Positions 38,664 to 53,509 of a stretch of 64,000 bases of DNA are shown here, one piece after another; position 1 is the stretch's first letter, and each line of letters opens with the position of its first letter. Below the pieces are notes generated by a model. That model did no database searches and was not told the DNA's origin. It saw only the letters and a program-made list of their open reading frames with translations. This DNA is from the human T2T-CHM13v2.0 reference genome, Homo sapiens. A program made the translations under genes and the position numbers. The DNA is taken from the NCBI RefSeq assembly GCF_009914755.1, contig NC_060939.1. One strand, given 5' to 3'.

Positions 38664-38730
38664 CTATAAAAGCTTTCATTGTCTTACATTTTAGTTCAGT
38701 TCTCTATTTAAAGCCTAACAAGAAGCTACT

Positions 38731-38960
38731 GGCCCGGCGTGGTGGCTCACACCTGTAATCCCAGCACTTTGGGAGGCTGAGGTGGGTGGATTGCTTGAGT
38801 CCAGGAGTTCAAGATCAGCCTGGGCAACATGGCAAAACCTTGCCTCTAATAAAAAATAAAAAAATTAGCCAGGCATGGTGGCACGTGCCTGTAGTCCCAG
38901 CTATACTGCATTCCAGCCTGGGCAATTGGAGTGAGACCCTGTATCAAAAAAGAAAAAAAA
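38731..38960 (+). mobile_element. Alu with internal deletion in the right arm
   Basis: cccagcta joined directly to tactgcattccagcc. Confidence 0.9.
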
Positions 38961-39099
38961 ATGGAGCTATTATTACTACGACCTTATACAAATAATGCTA
39001 GTTTAGATTTTGCCTGCGGGCTCACTACCCCTCCTTGCATTTCACACTGTCTTTCTCAGATCATTTTCCTTCCTTTTGAAGGACATCCTTTAGTTGTTC

Positions 39100-40660
<1,561 letters not shown>

Positions 40661-40827
40661 CTTCTGCAGGAGTCAGGGTGCTTGAGACCACAAGGTCCCT
40701 TAAGGGACTGACTTAAAGAGGCTTGGTTTCATCTCCACCCCCCTTGCTGCTCACAATGCTGATCATGAAACTCACCCTCACCTGTGTATGTGTGCTAACC
40801 ACTCACTCACCTCAGCCTGAAGCTCTT

Positions 40828-41056
40828 GGTATGTGTATATGGGTGTATGTCTAGATGTATACATGCATGTGTATATAGGGGTATGTGTGTGTGTGTGCAT
40901 ATGTATAGGTATGGGTGTGCATGCATGTATTATGTGTGTTGTGTATGCTTGTTGTATGTGTATATGCCTGCGTGTGTGTTGTGTGCATGTTGTATATGTA
41001 TATATGCATGCACGTGTGTATGCCTGTGTATCCATGTGTGCACGCGTGGGTACGTG
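40828..41056. repeat. Degenerate (TG/TA/CA)n alternating purine-pyrimidine tract
   Basis: gtatgtgtatatgggtgtatg...gtgtgcacgcgtg. Confidence 0.9.
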
Positions 41057-41229
41057 TTTGGTCCTCAGAGCTGCCCTTTACCTTCTGCTTGCCCAGCCAT
41101 GCAGAGGCTCTATCTTACCTAGTGATATCTACCTTATCTGTGAATCATCAGAGTCAGATCCTATTTGCCTGCAGCTAAGAACCTTGACTCATGGAATAGC
41201 CTTTTAGTAATAGAAGAATTATATCTGTG

Positions 41230-41395
41230 AGCACTGGCAATATGCCCCACCTGGTTCTAAGGGGTTTACATGTGTTAACTCCGTTAATCATCACACCTTC
41301 CCATTTCACAGATGAGAAAATTGAGACACAGAAAAGCTGGGTGACTTGTCTTGGGTCTCGCAGCTTGCCACTGTTGGAGCTAAACCCAGGAGGCC
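41230..41395 (-). mobile_element. MIR
   Basis: Core sequence cccatttcacagatgagaaaattgagacacaga. Confidence 0.65.
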
Positions 41396-41964
41396 TGGCT
41401 CTTTTCCATTCTCATGACTGTAAAAAGAAATAGAAGGGTTCAGGATCATCGAGGATTTGGCAAAAAAGGTCCTGTGTTTTGAGGAACTGCCTGCAGACAC
41501 ACAGGAGCCCATGAAAGCCCCAAGCTGGCCTTTCTGGTATGTTGTGTGCAGCAGTGAGGCTTGGCAGTGGCTCTGGGATGCCCTCAGCTTTTTCCTGGTT
41601 GAAAGGAACCTAAATTCTAACTCAAGAGTTGAGAGTTTTCCTTGACTGCATCTGTACTGACAGCCTAGAAAACCGATGCTGCAGCTGCTGCAAATGCATG
41701 GTGCAAGGGGTTTTGCTGCATTTTCAGCTTGACCAAAAAACTCAGAATAAAGACCTCACCTTGATCCAACGGAGGCATGAAATTGATGGCCAAGTGTGAA
41801 TAAGCAGTTGGCGGTGTGTCACCTGAGTGACAGCTGTATGGGGACAGAGAGCAGACAAGTGCCCCAAGGAGAAGAGGCAGTTCCCTCCTCAAGGCCTGTC
41901 TGAGGTTGTGCTTTCTCCTAGTTGGCTTTCTTACAAATAAACATGTTGTTTATGACAACAGACA

Positions 41965-42150
41965 TTTATTAAGTGCTTTCTCTGTGCCCAGGTGCTAAAA
42001 TAGCTGCTTGTACAAAGTGGCTTTACATTACATACTTACCTCTTTGGGTCCTCAGAACAACCCTGCAACATCTGCTTTATTATTCCCTCATTTCATGAAT
42101 GAGAAAACTGAGGCTGGGGGAAATGACTTTCCCCCGGGCCCCATAGCCAG
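41965..42150 (-). mobile_element. MIR
   Basis: Core sequence ctcatttcatgaatgagaaaactgaggct. Confidence 0.65.
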
Positions 42151-42457
42151 AAGGGACACAGACAATAGAAACCTCGCTCTGGGCCAGCGAACCTGCTCTG
42201 AGGACACTCCCCATCCCTCCCAGGAGGGTCCCTTTAGGCCCCTTTCTTTACTTCAGAGGCAGGAGGGGCATGAGGCAGACAAGTCACAACCCAAGTGCCA
42301 AAGACAAGCTGTTCTCCCAGGGGCCCATGCACTTGTTTTTCCCCCTGCCCCTGCGGATCTGGTTACTGACGGGCCTGAACGCCGGAGGTTTCTCAGCAGC
42401 CACAGAAGAAACTCATTGGGCGCTGAGCTCCTGGGTCTTGAGCTACAGGGTTTTTAC

Positions 42458-42510
42458 CTTCACTGCTTCCCAGCTGGAATTCACCAAGTGCTGCCGGAAG
42501 GGCCCAAAAC
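42458..42510 (-). CDS. PGPEP1L: PGPEP1L 53-nt coding exon (G-FGPFRQHLVNSSWEAVK)
   Basis: tttggtttcAG|GT TTT GGG CCC TTC...GTG AAG|GTAAAA; homologous to PGPEP1 GFGPFGEHTVNASWIAVQ; phases 1 and 0 fit both neighbouring exons. Confidence 0.85.
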
Positions 42511-43002
42511 CTGAAACCAAACATGCCCAGGTTTGCTCAAGCCAGACCTTGGGACTGGGGCCTCTACTCCTGGCTGCACTCGAGCACCAGGTCCCACCCC
42601 ATAAGACTCTGTTCCTGCTCCTCAGACCATCTTGGGCCCTAGGGATCTTTGCACGTCCCCTTCCCCATGGAGGCTGCAACTGTGCCAACCTGGGAGCATT
42701 CTCAGAGTCCTCACATGTGAGGCATTGTTGGGGAGCAAAGAAAGAACATGGAGCTGACCCACTGCCAAGCTGCGAGGGCTTAAGAACATGTGTGCACAGA
42801 TGTCTGAATAAAAAGCATGCTTTGTAAAGAACCCTGGAATAGACCCACATGAATATGCCCAATTGTTTGTTGACATAGGTGCAAAAGCAATTTCAATGGA
42901 AAAGGGATAGGTTCGTCAACCAATGGTGTTAGAACAATTAGACACTAACAGGCAAAAAACCTGAACCCTTCAACCTAAGCCTCACCCCTTACACAAAACT
43001 TA

Positions 43003-43366
<364 letters not shown>

Positions 43367-44212
43367 TTAGGCTTTAAGGCTAGGCAAAGAGTTCTTAGAT
43401 TTGAAACCAAAAGCAGGCTGCATAACAGGAATAATTAACAAACTAGATTCCGTCAAAATTAAAAACTCTTGCTCTGTGAAAGTCCCTGTTAAGAGGAGGA
43501 AGAGATAAGCTACAGATGGAGAAAATAGTTGCAAATCATGTATTTCACCAAGGCTTTGTATATAAAATACATAAAGAACTCTTGAAACTCAAACAGTCCA
43601 ATCAGCAGATGGGCAAACCACATGAAGAGACATGTCAGTGATGAGGATATACAGGTGGCAAATAAGCACATGAAAAGATGTTCAACATCATTAGCTATCA
43701 TAGAAATACAAATTAAAATCTGGATGAGATGTCACAGCACACTTATCAGAGTGGCTAAAATAGAAAGACTGATAACACCAAATGTTGGCAAGGATGAGGA
43801 GAAACTAGGTCACTCACACATTGCTGGTGGGAATATAAAATGGTACTGTTGCTCCGGGAAATAGTTTGACAATTTTTTTTTAATTGAAAGTGGATTTACT
43901 AGCATTTGCACTCCTGGACATTTATCTCAGAGAAATGAAAACTTATTTTCATACAGAAGTGTATACAAAAACGTTCATAGAAGCTTTATTTGTAATAGAC
44001 CAAAGCTGGAAACTACCCAAATGTTCTTCAGTGGGTTAACAGTCAAACCAATCATGGTTCACCCATCTCACAGAATACACTCAGCAGTGGAAGAGAGAAG
44101 TAGAAACATCAAAATGTCCATCAACTGATGAATGGCAAACAAAATGTGGTATAATCCACACAATGAAATATTATTTGTCAATAAAAAGGAATGAAGTACT
44201 GATACATGCTAC

Positions 44213-45597
44213 TGAGAAGGTGACAGCATGCTGGCAGTCCTTGCAGCCCTTGCGCACTCTCAGCCCCTCCTGTGCCTGGGCTCCCACTTTGGTGACACTT
44301 GAGGAGCCCTCCAGCCCACCACTGCACTGTGGGAGCCCCTTTCTGGGCAGGCCAAGGCCAGCGCCAGCTCTCTCAGCTTGCAGGGAGGCGTGGAGGGAGA
44401 GGCGCGGGCGGGAACCGGGGCTGCGTGCAGTGCTTGCGGGCCAGCGCGAATTCCGGGTGGGCGTGGGCTCCGCGGGCCCCGCACTGGGAGTGGCCGGCCA
44501 GCCCCGCCGGCCCCAGGCAGTGAGGGGCTTAGCATCTGGGCCAGTAGCTGCTGTGCTCAACTTCTCGCTGGGCCTTAGCTGCCTTCCTGCCGGGCAGGGC
44601 TCAGGACCTGCAGCCCGCCATGCCAGAGCTCCCCCTCCTCCGTGGGCTCCTGTGCCAACGAGCCTCCCAGACAAGCTGGCCCCCTGCTCCACGGCGCCCA
44701 GTCCCATCGACCACCCCAAGGGCTGAGGAGTGCGGGCGCATGGCACAGGACTGGCAGGCAGCTCCACCTACGGCCCCAGTGCGGGATCCACAGGGTAAAG
44801 CCAGCTGGGCTCCTGAGTCTGGTGGGGATGGAGAACCTTTATTTCTAGCTAAGGGATTGTAAATACACCAATCGGCACTCTGTATCTAGCTCAAGGTTTG
44901 TAAACACACCAATCAGCACCCTGTGTCTAGCTCAGGGTTTGTGAATGCACCAATCGACGCTCTGTATCTAGCTACTCTGGTGGGGACTTGGAGAACCTTT
45001 GTATCCACACTCTGTATCTAACTAATCTAGTGGGGAACTTTTGTGTCTAACTCAGGGATTATAAACACACCAATCAGCACCCTGTCAAAATGGACCAATC
45101 AGTTCTCTGTAAAATGGACCAATCAGCAGGATGTGGGTGGGGCCAGATAAGAGAAAAAAAAGCAGGCTGCGGGAGCCAACAGTGGCAACCCACTCGGGTC
45201 CCCTTCCACACTGTGGAAGCTTTGTTCTTTCGCTCTTTGCAATCAATCTTGCTGCTGCTCATTCTTTGGGTCCACACTGCCTTTATGAGCTGTAACTCAC
45301 CACAAAGGTCTCCAGTTTCACTCCTGAAACCAGCGAGACCACGAACCCACTGGGAGGAATGAACTCCAGACACGCTGCCTTAAGAGCTGTAACACTCACT
45401 CCAAAGGTCCGCAGCTTCACTCCTGAGCCAGCGAGACCATGAACCCACCAGAAGGAAGAAACTCTGAACACATCCAAACATCAGTCAAGAAATAAACTCT
45501 GGACACGCCGCCTTTAAGAACTGTAACACTCACCACGAGAGTCCGCAGCTTCATTCTTGAAGTCAGTGAGACCAACAACCCACCAATTCTGGACACA
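44213..45597 (+). mobile_element. Solo LTR12 (ERV9; LTR12C-like)
   Basis: tgagaaggtgacagc...ggacaca; GC-rich U3; tandem CCAAT/GATA-type units; 4-bp TSD ctac at 44209-44212 and 45598-45601; inserted into an old L1. Confidence 0.95.
45534..45554 (-). CDS. PGPEP1L: Alternative LTR12-derived PGPEP1L N-terminus (MKLRTLV)
   Basis: Antisense LTR12 reads ATG AAG CTG CGG ACT CTC GTG|GTGAGT, a phase-0 donor in frame with the 15558 exon. It resembles the start of the annotated longer isoform as I recall it. Confidence 0.55.
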
Positions 45598-46059
45598 CTA
45601 CCACGTGGCTCAACCTTGAAAACATGCTAAATGAAAGAAGCCAGAGGCAAAGGACCACATGTAAAATGATTCCATTTATATGAAATGTCAGAAGAGGCAC
45701 ATCTATAGGGACAAAGTATATTAGTGGTTGCCAGAAGCTGGGTATGTGTGTTGTGGGGGGACGTGAGTGGTGAAAGCTAAGGGGTGTGGGGTTTCTTTCT
45801 GGGGTGCTGAAAATGTTCTAAAATTGACTGTAGTGATGAATATGTAACTCCGTGACTATACTGAGCCACTGAATGTTACTCGCTTTAAATGAGTAAATGG
45901 TATAGCATGTGGATTATATCTCAATGAAGTAGTTTAAAAACTTTTTATAATGGACTATTGATACATACAACCTGGATGAACCTTAAATTACTCCAAGTGA
46001 AAAAGAACCAATCTCAAAAGGACATGTACTGTATGATTTCATTTATATAATATTTGTGT

Positions 46060-46645
<586 letters not shown>

Positions 46646-47157
46646 TACATAAAATATTTGTAAAATAAAATGATTATACAGATGGAGAACAGACTAATGG
46701 TTGCCAGGTGTTTGAGATGGGAGGAAGCGGGTGGGTGTGGCTGTAAAGAGCTAGCACGAGTGAGCTTTGTGGTGATGGTACTGCTAGGTATCTTGATTGT
46801 GGTGGTGGTGATAGGAAGCTACACTAGCTGAAATTACACACACACACGCACACATACTGCAAGCACAAATTTTGAATTATACCAATGTCAATATCCTGGC
46901 TTTTATATTGAAAATGTTAATATGTCAATATCAGGAGAGGCTGGGTAAAGGGTACAGGGAACCTCTGTACACTTCTTGGCAAATTCCTATATTTATTTCA
47001 AAATAAAAAGTTTTAAAAAGTGTGTGGCCTCCTGTGTGGGAGACTAGCCAGTGCCAGATATGCCTGTGATGGAGTCAGGTGCTCAATTAAGTGGGCTGCA
47101 CATACAAGTGGAATTCTCTAACTCAGCTTTATCCCGGAGTACAGCTGAGGTTTTCAG

Positions 47158-47205
47158 TTCCACCTCTGATTCCTGTGACATTTCCACCTCTGATTCCTGT
47201 GACAT
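47158..47205. repeat. Perfect 24-bp tandem duplication
   Basis: ttccacctctgattcctgtgacat, two copies. Confidence 0.9.
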
Positions 47206-48469
47206 ATTTCTCAAGTCATTCATATTCTTTGATGAGGAAAGGGCTGTGACTAAATGTCAGTCTCTGAGAACCCAGCTCCCTGGACCTCAGGCCTTTATAC
47301 TAGGAACCAGTTCTGGAGAGAAACTTGAATTATGCCTTTGCAATTCCTGAACATCTGGGTCTAGACCCACAAACAGGGTTGGCTCATGAGGAAGTAAAAA
47401 CTTTCTGAGGGAATGAAACAGTTTTGGACAGAACGTCCCAAAAAGCCCATGGTGTCCTCTGATTCAACCAAATCCTTCAGAATAAATAAGACTTTAGCTG
47501 CCCTTGGAAACAGCCAGAAAAAAAAAAGGGCAGTTATAGAAAATAGTGAGATTAAAAAAAAAAAAAGCACTGAGAAGCCAGGTACCTCCTGGGATAATAA
47601 AAATACAATAAAAATGCAGCAACACACACAAAAATCACATTCTGCTTTAGAATCATATTTGTATCAGCAAATATGACATCTCTTATCTGTTTTAAATTAG
47701 AAAAATCAACTCTGCAAGTGAAGGTTTGAAGCTCTTGTGTTTCAAGTTCAAACCTCACTTTAAACTTGGTCAGCCCCCAGTGCAACTTGCAAACGGAGCT
47801 GGAGAAATCTTAGAATTCTGAGAGGCCCGTGGGAGGGATGCACGTTTTCTCACTCTTGTGGTTATCGTTGGTGCCAGTCTGAACACTTTGATCTCGAAGC
47901 AATTTGTCGGAGCCCTCGTTCTCCCACCATCTGTCTACATGCCAATTGTCTTGAGGAGATTTACACACGAAGCAAATCCAATTAAATGAAGAGACTGCCC
48001 CTGGCAGCTCTAAGCATTTCTAACACAGGAAGGCCACGCTCTGGAATCCAGCGGGCATTCCCAAATCATGGCTGATTATCAGGTATTTCATCAAACAATT
48101 TCCAGTTTGCCAGCAAACCACAGGCTGACAAGACAAAGGCAGGGGTCAGTGTGATTCTAAGATGGTGCTTCAATGTTCATATTTCATTCATGACAAGCAT
48201 TGCATGCATTAGAGTACAGTTTCCTTAGGAATTCAAGAGTAATTTGAACCATTCAATCTCCAGAACCAAAATAACACAAATAAGAGCAAGGGAGATAAAA
48301 GGTTTCCCAAAGAACTTTTTCTCTGAAGGTCGATAGGAGTTAGAATTATAGTCTGAAAAGATTAAGCGACACAACTTTCAATTTCCCATTCATCCAGGAA
48401 ACCCTGCCTCTTCATCCAACACAATTCAGAAAACTTAAAACCGGCCAAATGTGTCTAACTAAAAATGAA

Positions 48470-49088
<619 letters not shown>

Positions 49089-49777
49089 GACCTTTGTGAA
49101 GATCAGGCCCCCAGGGACCAGCTGGGATGCTGACTTGGTGAGGCAAGTGTGGGTGGGGGTGACTCTGGATGTGCTGGTGTTTGCAGGAGTGAGCAGCCAC
49201 CATTCCTTCCAAGTTGACCTTCTGGGGCTCAGGGTCTCCAGCTAGTGGCTCTCGGGGGGTGCTTCACAGCTCCCTGAAAAATGGAAGTTCTTACTCTGGA
49301 AGTGGGGACTGTGTGTTCCTTTGCGGGTGGCTGTTGTAGATGGGTTTGCAAGCCTTGTGAGGGCCCTGTGGTTTCTGGGCGTATAGATCCCTCTTCCTTG
49401 CTATGAGCCTGCACCCCCAAGGGATACCTCACGTGCCTCGGGCCCCACTCAGGGAAAACAGGTACCAGCCTCAGCTTCCTCCCTGCTGGGTTGAAAGGCA
49501 AGGTCTGAGCCTAAGCCACCAGTGGCACCTTCGTGCCCGCCACTCGAGAGTTATTTGAAGCGAATGAGCCACAGAAGCAGAAATGCCTGTGATCCTGATT
49601 GTTTATTAATAGGGCACAGCAGCAAGTTCGTTTCCATCTGGAATTATTAGCACCACCAGTTGCCATTCTTTTTTTCCCTCAGGGAACTATTTAAGACCCA
49701 GGATCAGGCCAGTGCGCATTCCAGGGGCAGGCTAAAAGCAGCAACAAATAGGAGAGAAAAAAATTATGTAGTCTTAC

Positions 49778-49811
49778 CAGTCACCACCACGCAGCTGGGC
49801 TGGGAATCCAT
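49778..49811 (-). CDS. PGPEP1L: PGPEP1L ancestral first coding segment (MDSQPSCVVVT-G)
   Basis: Minus strand reads ATG GAT TCC CAG CCC AGC TGC GTG GTG GTG ACT G|GTAAGA: 34 nt, phase-1 donor, homologous to PGPEP1 MEQPRKAVVVTG. An upstream acceptor ccctccccTAG|at at 50005 would make a 228-nt exon. Confidence 0.85.
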
Positions 49812-50000
49812 GAAGACGAAGTGGGAGCTCGCGCTGCGCCTCCCTGGCTCAGGCAGCGGCCCAGCGGCCGGGCTCTGCGCGCTCTGAGCTCCGGGCACCT
49901 TGTCTGCCTGGCCGCGTGCTCGCCGGGGACCGGGGTGGAGCGGGAGCCCAACCCCTCCTGGCCGCCCGGCTTCCGTAGCGTTCTGGGCCCCGAAAGGCCA
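49810..50000. promoter_or_regulatory. Small CpG-rich region at the PGPEP1L ATG exon (probable ancestral promoter)
   Basis: Locally high CpG and GC content immediately upstream (on the - strand) of the ATG at 49811. Confidence 0.6.
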
Positions 50001-50895
50001 AGGATCTAGGGGAGGGTGATAAAGTAATGCCCCTTGAAAGCAGAACGATCCAGCTCAGGACAGCGGGTTGGAGCGCCAGCAGGGACTTTCTGGACATTTG
50101 AGTCTGGGTCACTTTGTTGTTCAGGATGGTTCAAAGGTGAGCTAAGGGTTTGGCTACCAGCTGTCCCGGTTTGCCTGGGACAGAAGGGTGTCTGGGACGG
50201 AACACCACATGGTGCTCAAAGAGGTACTGTCCTAGGAACTGTGGGCTACCCTACAAGTCGTTTACTTAGATCTTATTTTTTCCTCTTTAGTAATCCCTGC
50301 CAGAGCCCCTCATTGTGTTTGGCCATTATGATTTGGTAAAATTTGATTGCTCTGAAAACTAATTCCACAAAATATGTGAGATGTGAGCAGAAAAAAAAGA
50401 GAGAAAACCATAGATGAATCTTATGGCGCCTGCCTTTAAAATATTGATTGCAAGCACCGCTGCCTAGGAGCTGTGGGTCCTCAGGGAAGTTAACCTCTGT
50501 GCTCAGGTTTCCTGTTTTGAGAAACGAGGATCGCAGCACCGGATCCTGTATGGATTCTTTCTGTGCCCCAGGCACTGTCCCCAGCTTCATCAGCCCTGAG
50601 GAACAGAGGCTTGCCACCTACCTAGCGTCTGTGCAAGCTTGCTAGCTCTGTGCTCACCACCCTGCGTTCTACCTGCGAAAAGTGCTTGCTTGACACTGTG
50701 CTGGACTCCTTAAACATGCCACTGACAGTGAGCCACAGCCGTGGCATGCCACCTGGCTCTGCAGACAGTCCTCTTTTTAATGTGTCAGAATAACTGAAAA
50801 AGGCTAACATTTGAGGCTATTTCCTCTATCGAAAAAGCTGTTTTCCAATATCTTGATCTTTCGGAGAATTCTATTTAAAAACAAAACAAACTTTT

Positions 50896-51152
50896 GGCCA
50901 GGTGCACTGGCTCACGCCTTTAATTTCAGCATTTTGAGAGGCCAAGGTAGGAGGATAGCCTGAGGCCAGGAGTTCAAGATCAACCTGGGCAACGTGGCAA
51001 GACTGCATCAATTATTTTTTTCAAAACGTGGTATACGCCCATAGTCCTGGCTTCTCAGGGAGGCTGAAGCGGGAGGATCACTTGAGCCGTCAGTCATAAC
51101 TGCACCTCTGCACTCCACCCTGGGTGACAGAGTGAGACCCTGTCTCTAAAAA
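50896..51152 (+). mobile_element. Diverged AluJ-like element with deletions
   Basis: Degenerate Alu body. Confidence 0.85.
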
Positions 51153-51707
51153 TATTCTTAAACTTTTTTTTAAACTGAAAATACTTTTTTCCTAAAGCTG
51201 TATATTAAGAGGAAGAAGACCCATGATTCTCTGTCCCCATCTAGGTCTGGGGAGGAGAAGCTCCCTTCAGGGAAGCAGGCAGAGCCTCTCAAGCACCCTG
51301 CGGCCTCTAGAGAGCTCAGTGTGACAGCAGGACCACGTGGCTCCATCTGCTGAATTATCCTCCTGATATAAAGCGCTCCCTTTTAATTGGGATCACCCCC
51401 GCGGATTAGACCCCCCTTGGTGGCTTTCTGGGATTCTGAACCAGGAACAATTCCCTTTAATTAGCTCCTGGTGTGGGCTGCAGGCCTCTTCACTGCCAAC
51501 AGGTGGGAAGCGCCATTTGCTCCCACTAGTCTCCCACTCCCTGTCCTGAGAAGCTGGGCCCACCTTGCCATGAGTGGGATGCAGAGGGTTTTTGTACTTT
51601 GCCTCATTTCACAGAAGTTACCCGGTTTCTCAATATACCCCGGATGCACTTGTAGACTTGGTCTCTACCTCCTCTGGTGAGCAGGTCTCCTGGCTCCTAT
51701 CACTTAC

Positions 51708-52145
51708 CTAGTTCCGTCATGGTGTGTCCGGAATCGGCGGATTCTTGGTCTCACTGACTTCAAGAACGAAGCCGCGGACCCTGGCGGTGAGTGTTACAGT
51801 TTTTAAAGGCAGCGTGTCCCAAATTTGTTTCTTCTGATGCTCGCATGTGTTCGGAGTTTCTTCCTTCTGGCAGATTCGTGATCTCGCTGACTTCAGGAGT
51901 GAAGCTACGGACCTTCACCATGAGTGCTACGGCTCTTAAGGTGGCGTGTTTGGAGTTATTCGTTTCTCCCGGTGGGTCCGTGATGTGGCTGGCTTTAAGA
52001 ATGAAGCTGCAGACCTTCACGGTGAGTGTTACAGCTCATAAAGGCAGTGTGGACCCAAACAGTAAGCAGCAGCAACGGTTATTGCAAACAAGCAAAACAA
52101 CAAAACTTCCACAGCACTGAAGGCGACTCCAGCAGGTTGCTACTG
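51708..52145 (-). other. PGPEP1L: Probable LTR12-initiated non-coding first exon of PGPEP1L
   Basis: LTR12 is sense to the gene, with CCAAT boxes and an AATAAAAG TATA-like box near 52163-52170. A strong donor TAG|GTAAGT lies at 51708/51707, just outside the LTR. The TSS position is approximate. Confidence 0.65.
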
Positions 52146-53146
52146 CTACCTGGGGCAGCCTGCTTTTATTCTCTTATCTGGCCCCACCCACATTCTGCTG
52201 ATTGGTCCATTTTACAGAGAGCCGATTGGTCTGTTTTACAGAGAGCTGATTGGTCCGTTTTGACAGGGTGCTGATGGGTGCGTTTACAATCCTGGAGCTG
52301 GACACAAAAGTTCTCCACGTCCCCACTAGATTAGCTAGATACAGAGTGTGGACACAAAGGTTCTCCAAGTCCCCACCAGAGTAGCTAGATACAGAGCGTC
52401 GATTGGTGCATTCACAAACCCTGAGCTAGACACAGGGTGCTGATTGGTGTGTTTACAAACCTTGAGCTAGATACAGAGTGCCCATTGGTGTATTTACAAT
52501 CCCTTAGTTAAACATAAAGGTTCTCCAAGTCCCTTCCAGACTCAGAAGCCCAGCTGGCTTCACCCAGTGGATCCCGCACCAGGGCCGCAGGTGGAGCTGC
52601 CTGCCAGTCCTGTGCAGTGCGCCTGCACTCCTCAGCCGTTGGGTGGTCGATGGGACTGGGTGCTGTGGAGCAGGGGGCGGCACTCGTGGGGGAGGCTCAG
52701 GCCGCGCAGGAGCCCATGACGCGGGGGAGGAGGCTCAGGTATGGCGGGCTGCAGGTCCCGAGCCGTGCCCCGCACGGAGGCAGCTAAGGCCCCGCGAGAA
52801 GTCGAGCACTAACAGCTGCTGGCCCAGGTGCTAAGCCCCTCACTGCCCGTGGCCGGCGGGGCGGGCTGGCTGCTTGGAGTGCGGGGCCCGCCGAGCCCAC
52901 GCCCACCCGGAACTCGCACTGGCGCGCAAGCGCGGCGTGCAGCCCCGGTTCCCGCCCGCGTCTCTCCCTCCACACCTCCCCGCAAGCTGAGGGAGCCGGC
53001 TCTGGCTTTGGCCAGCCCAGGAAGGGGCTCCCACAGTGCAGCGGCGGGCTGAAGGGCTCCTCAAGTGCCGTTAAAGTGGGAGCCCAGGCAGAGGAGCCGA
53101 GAGTGAGTGACGGCTGCGAGGCCTACCAGCATGTTGTCACCTCTCA
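51723..53146 (-). mobile_element. Solo LTR12 (ERV9; LTR12C-like)
   Basis: Reverse-complement counterpart of the 44213 element (tgtgtccgg...cacctctca); flanks atgg/gtgg are a TSD with one mismatch. Confidence 0.95.
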
Positions 53147-53213
53147 GTGGGGGCTTGGCTTCCTCTGCACAGTTAAAGGAAGAGATTGGACCATTAAGAA
53201 ATGCCCACTTCTT

Positions 53214-53509
53214 CTTTTTTTTTTTTTTTTCAGATGTAGTCTCGCTCTGTTGCCCAGGCTGGAGTGCAGTGGCGCGATCTCGGCTCACTGCAGCCTCCGC
53301 CTCCCAGGTTCAAGCAGTTCTCTCCCTCAGCCTCCCGAGTAGCTGGGATTACAGGCACCTGCCACCAGCCCTGGCTATTTTTTGTATTTTTAGTAGAGAC
53401 AGAGTTTGACCATCTTGGCCAGGCTGGTCTTGAACTCCTGACCTCGTGATCCACCTGCCTCGGCCTCCCAAAGGGCTGTGATTACAGGCGTGAGCCACCG
53501 CGCCCGTCC
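53214..53509 (-). mobile_element. AluS
   Basis: TSD agaaatgcccac. Confidence 0.95.

Noticed and set aside
40778-41207. Cys/Val/Tyr/His-rich ORFs
   Set aside because: Translations of a (TG/TA)n low-complexity tract.
44840-45130. Repeated ~41-bp units
   Set aside because: These are the standard LTR12 U3 enhancer repeats.
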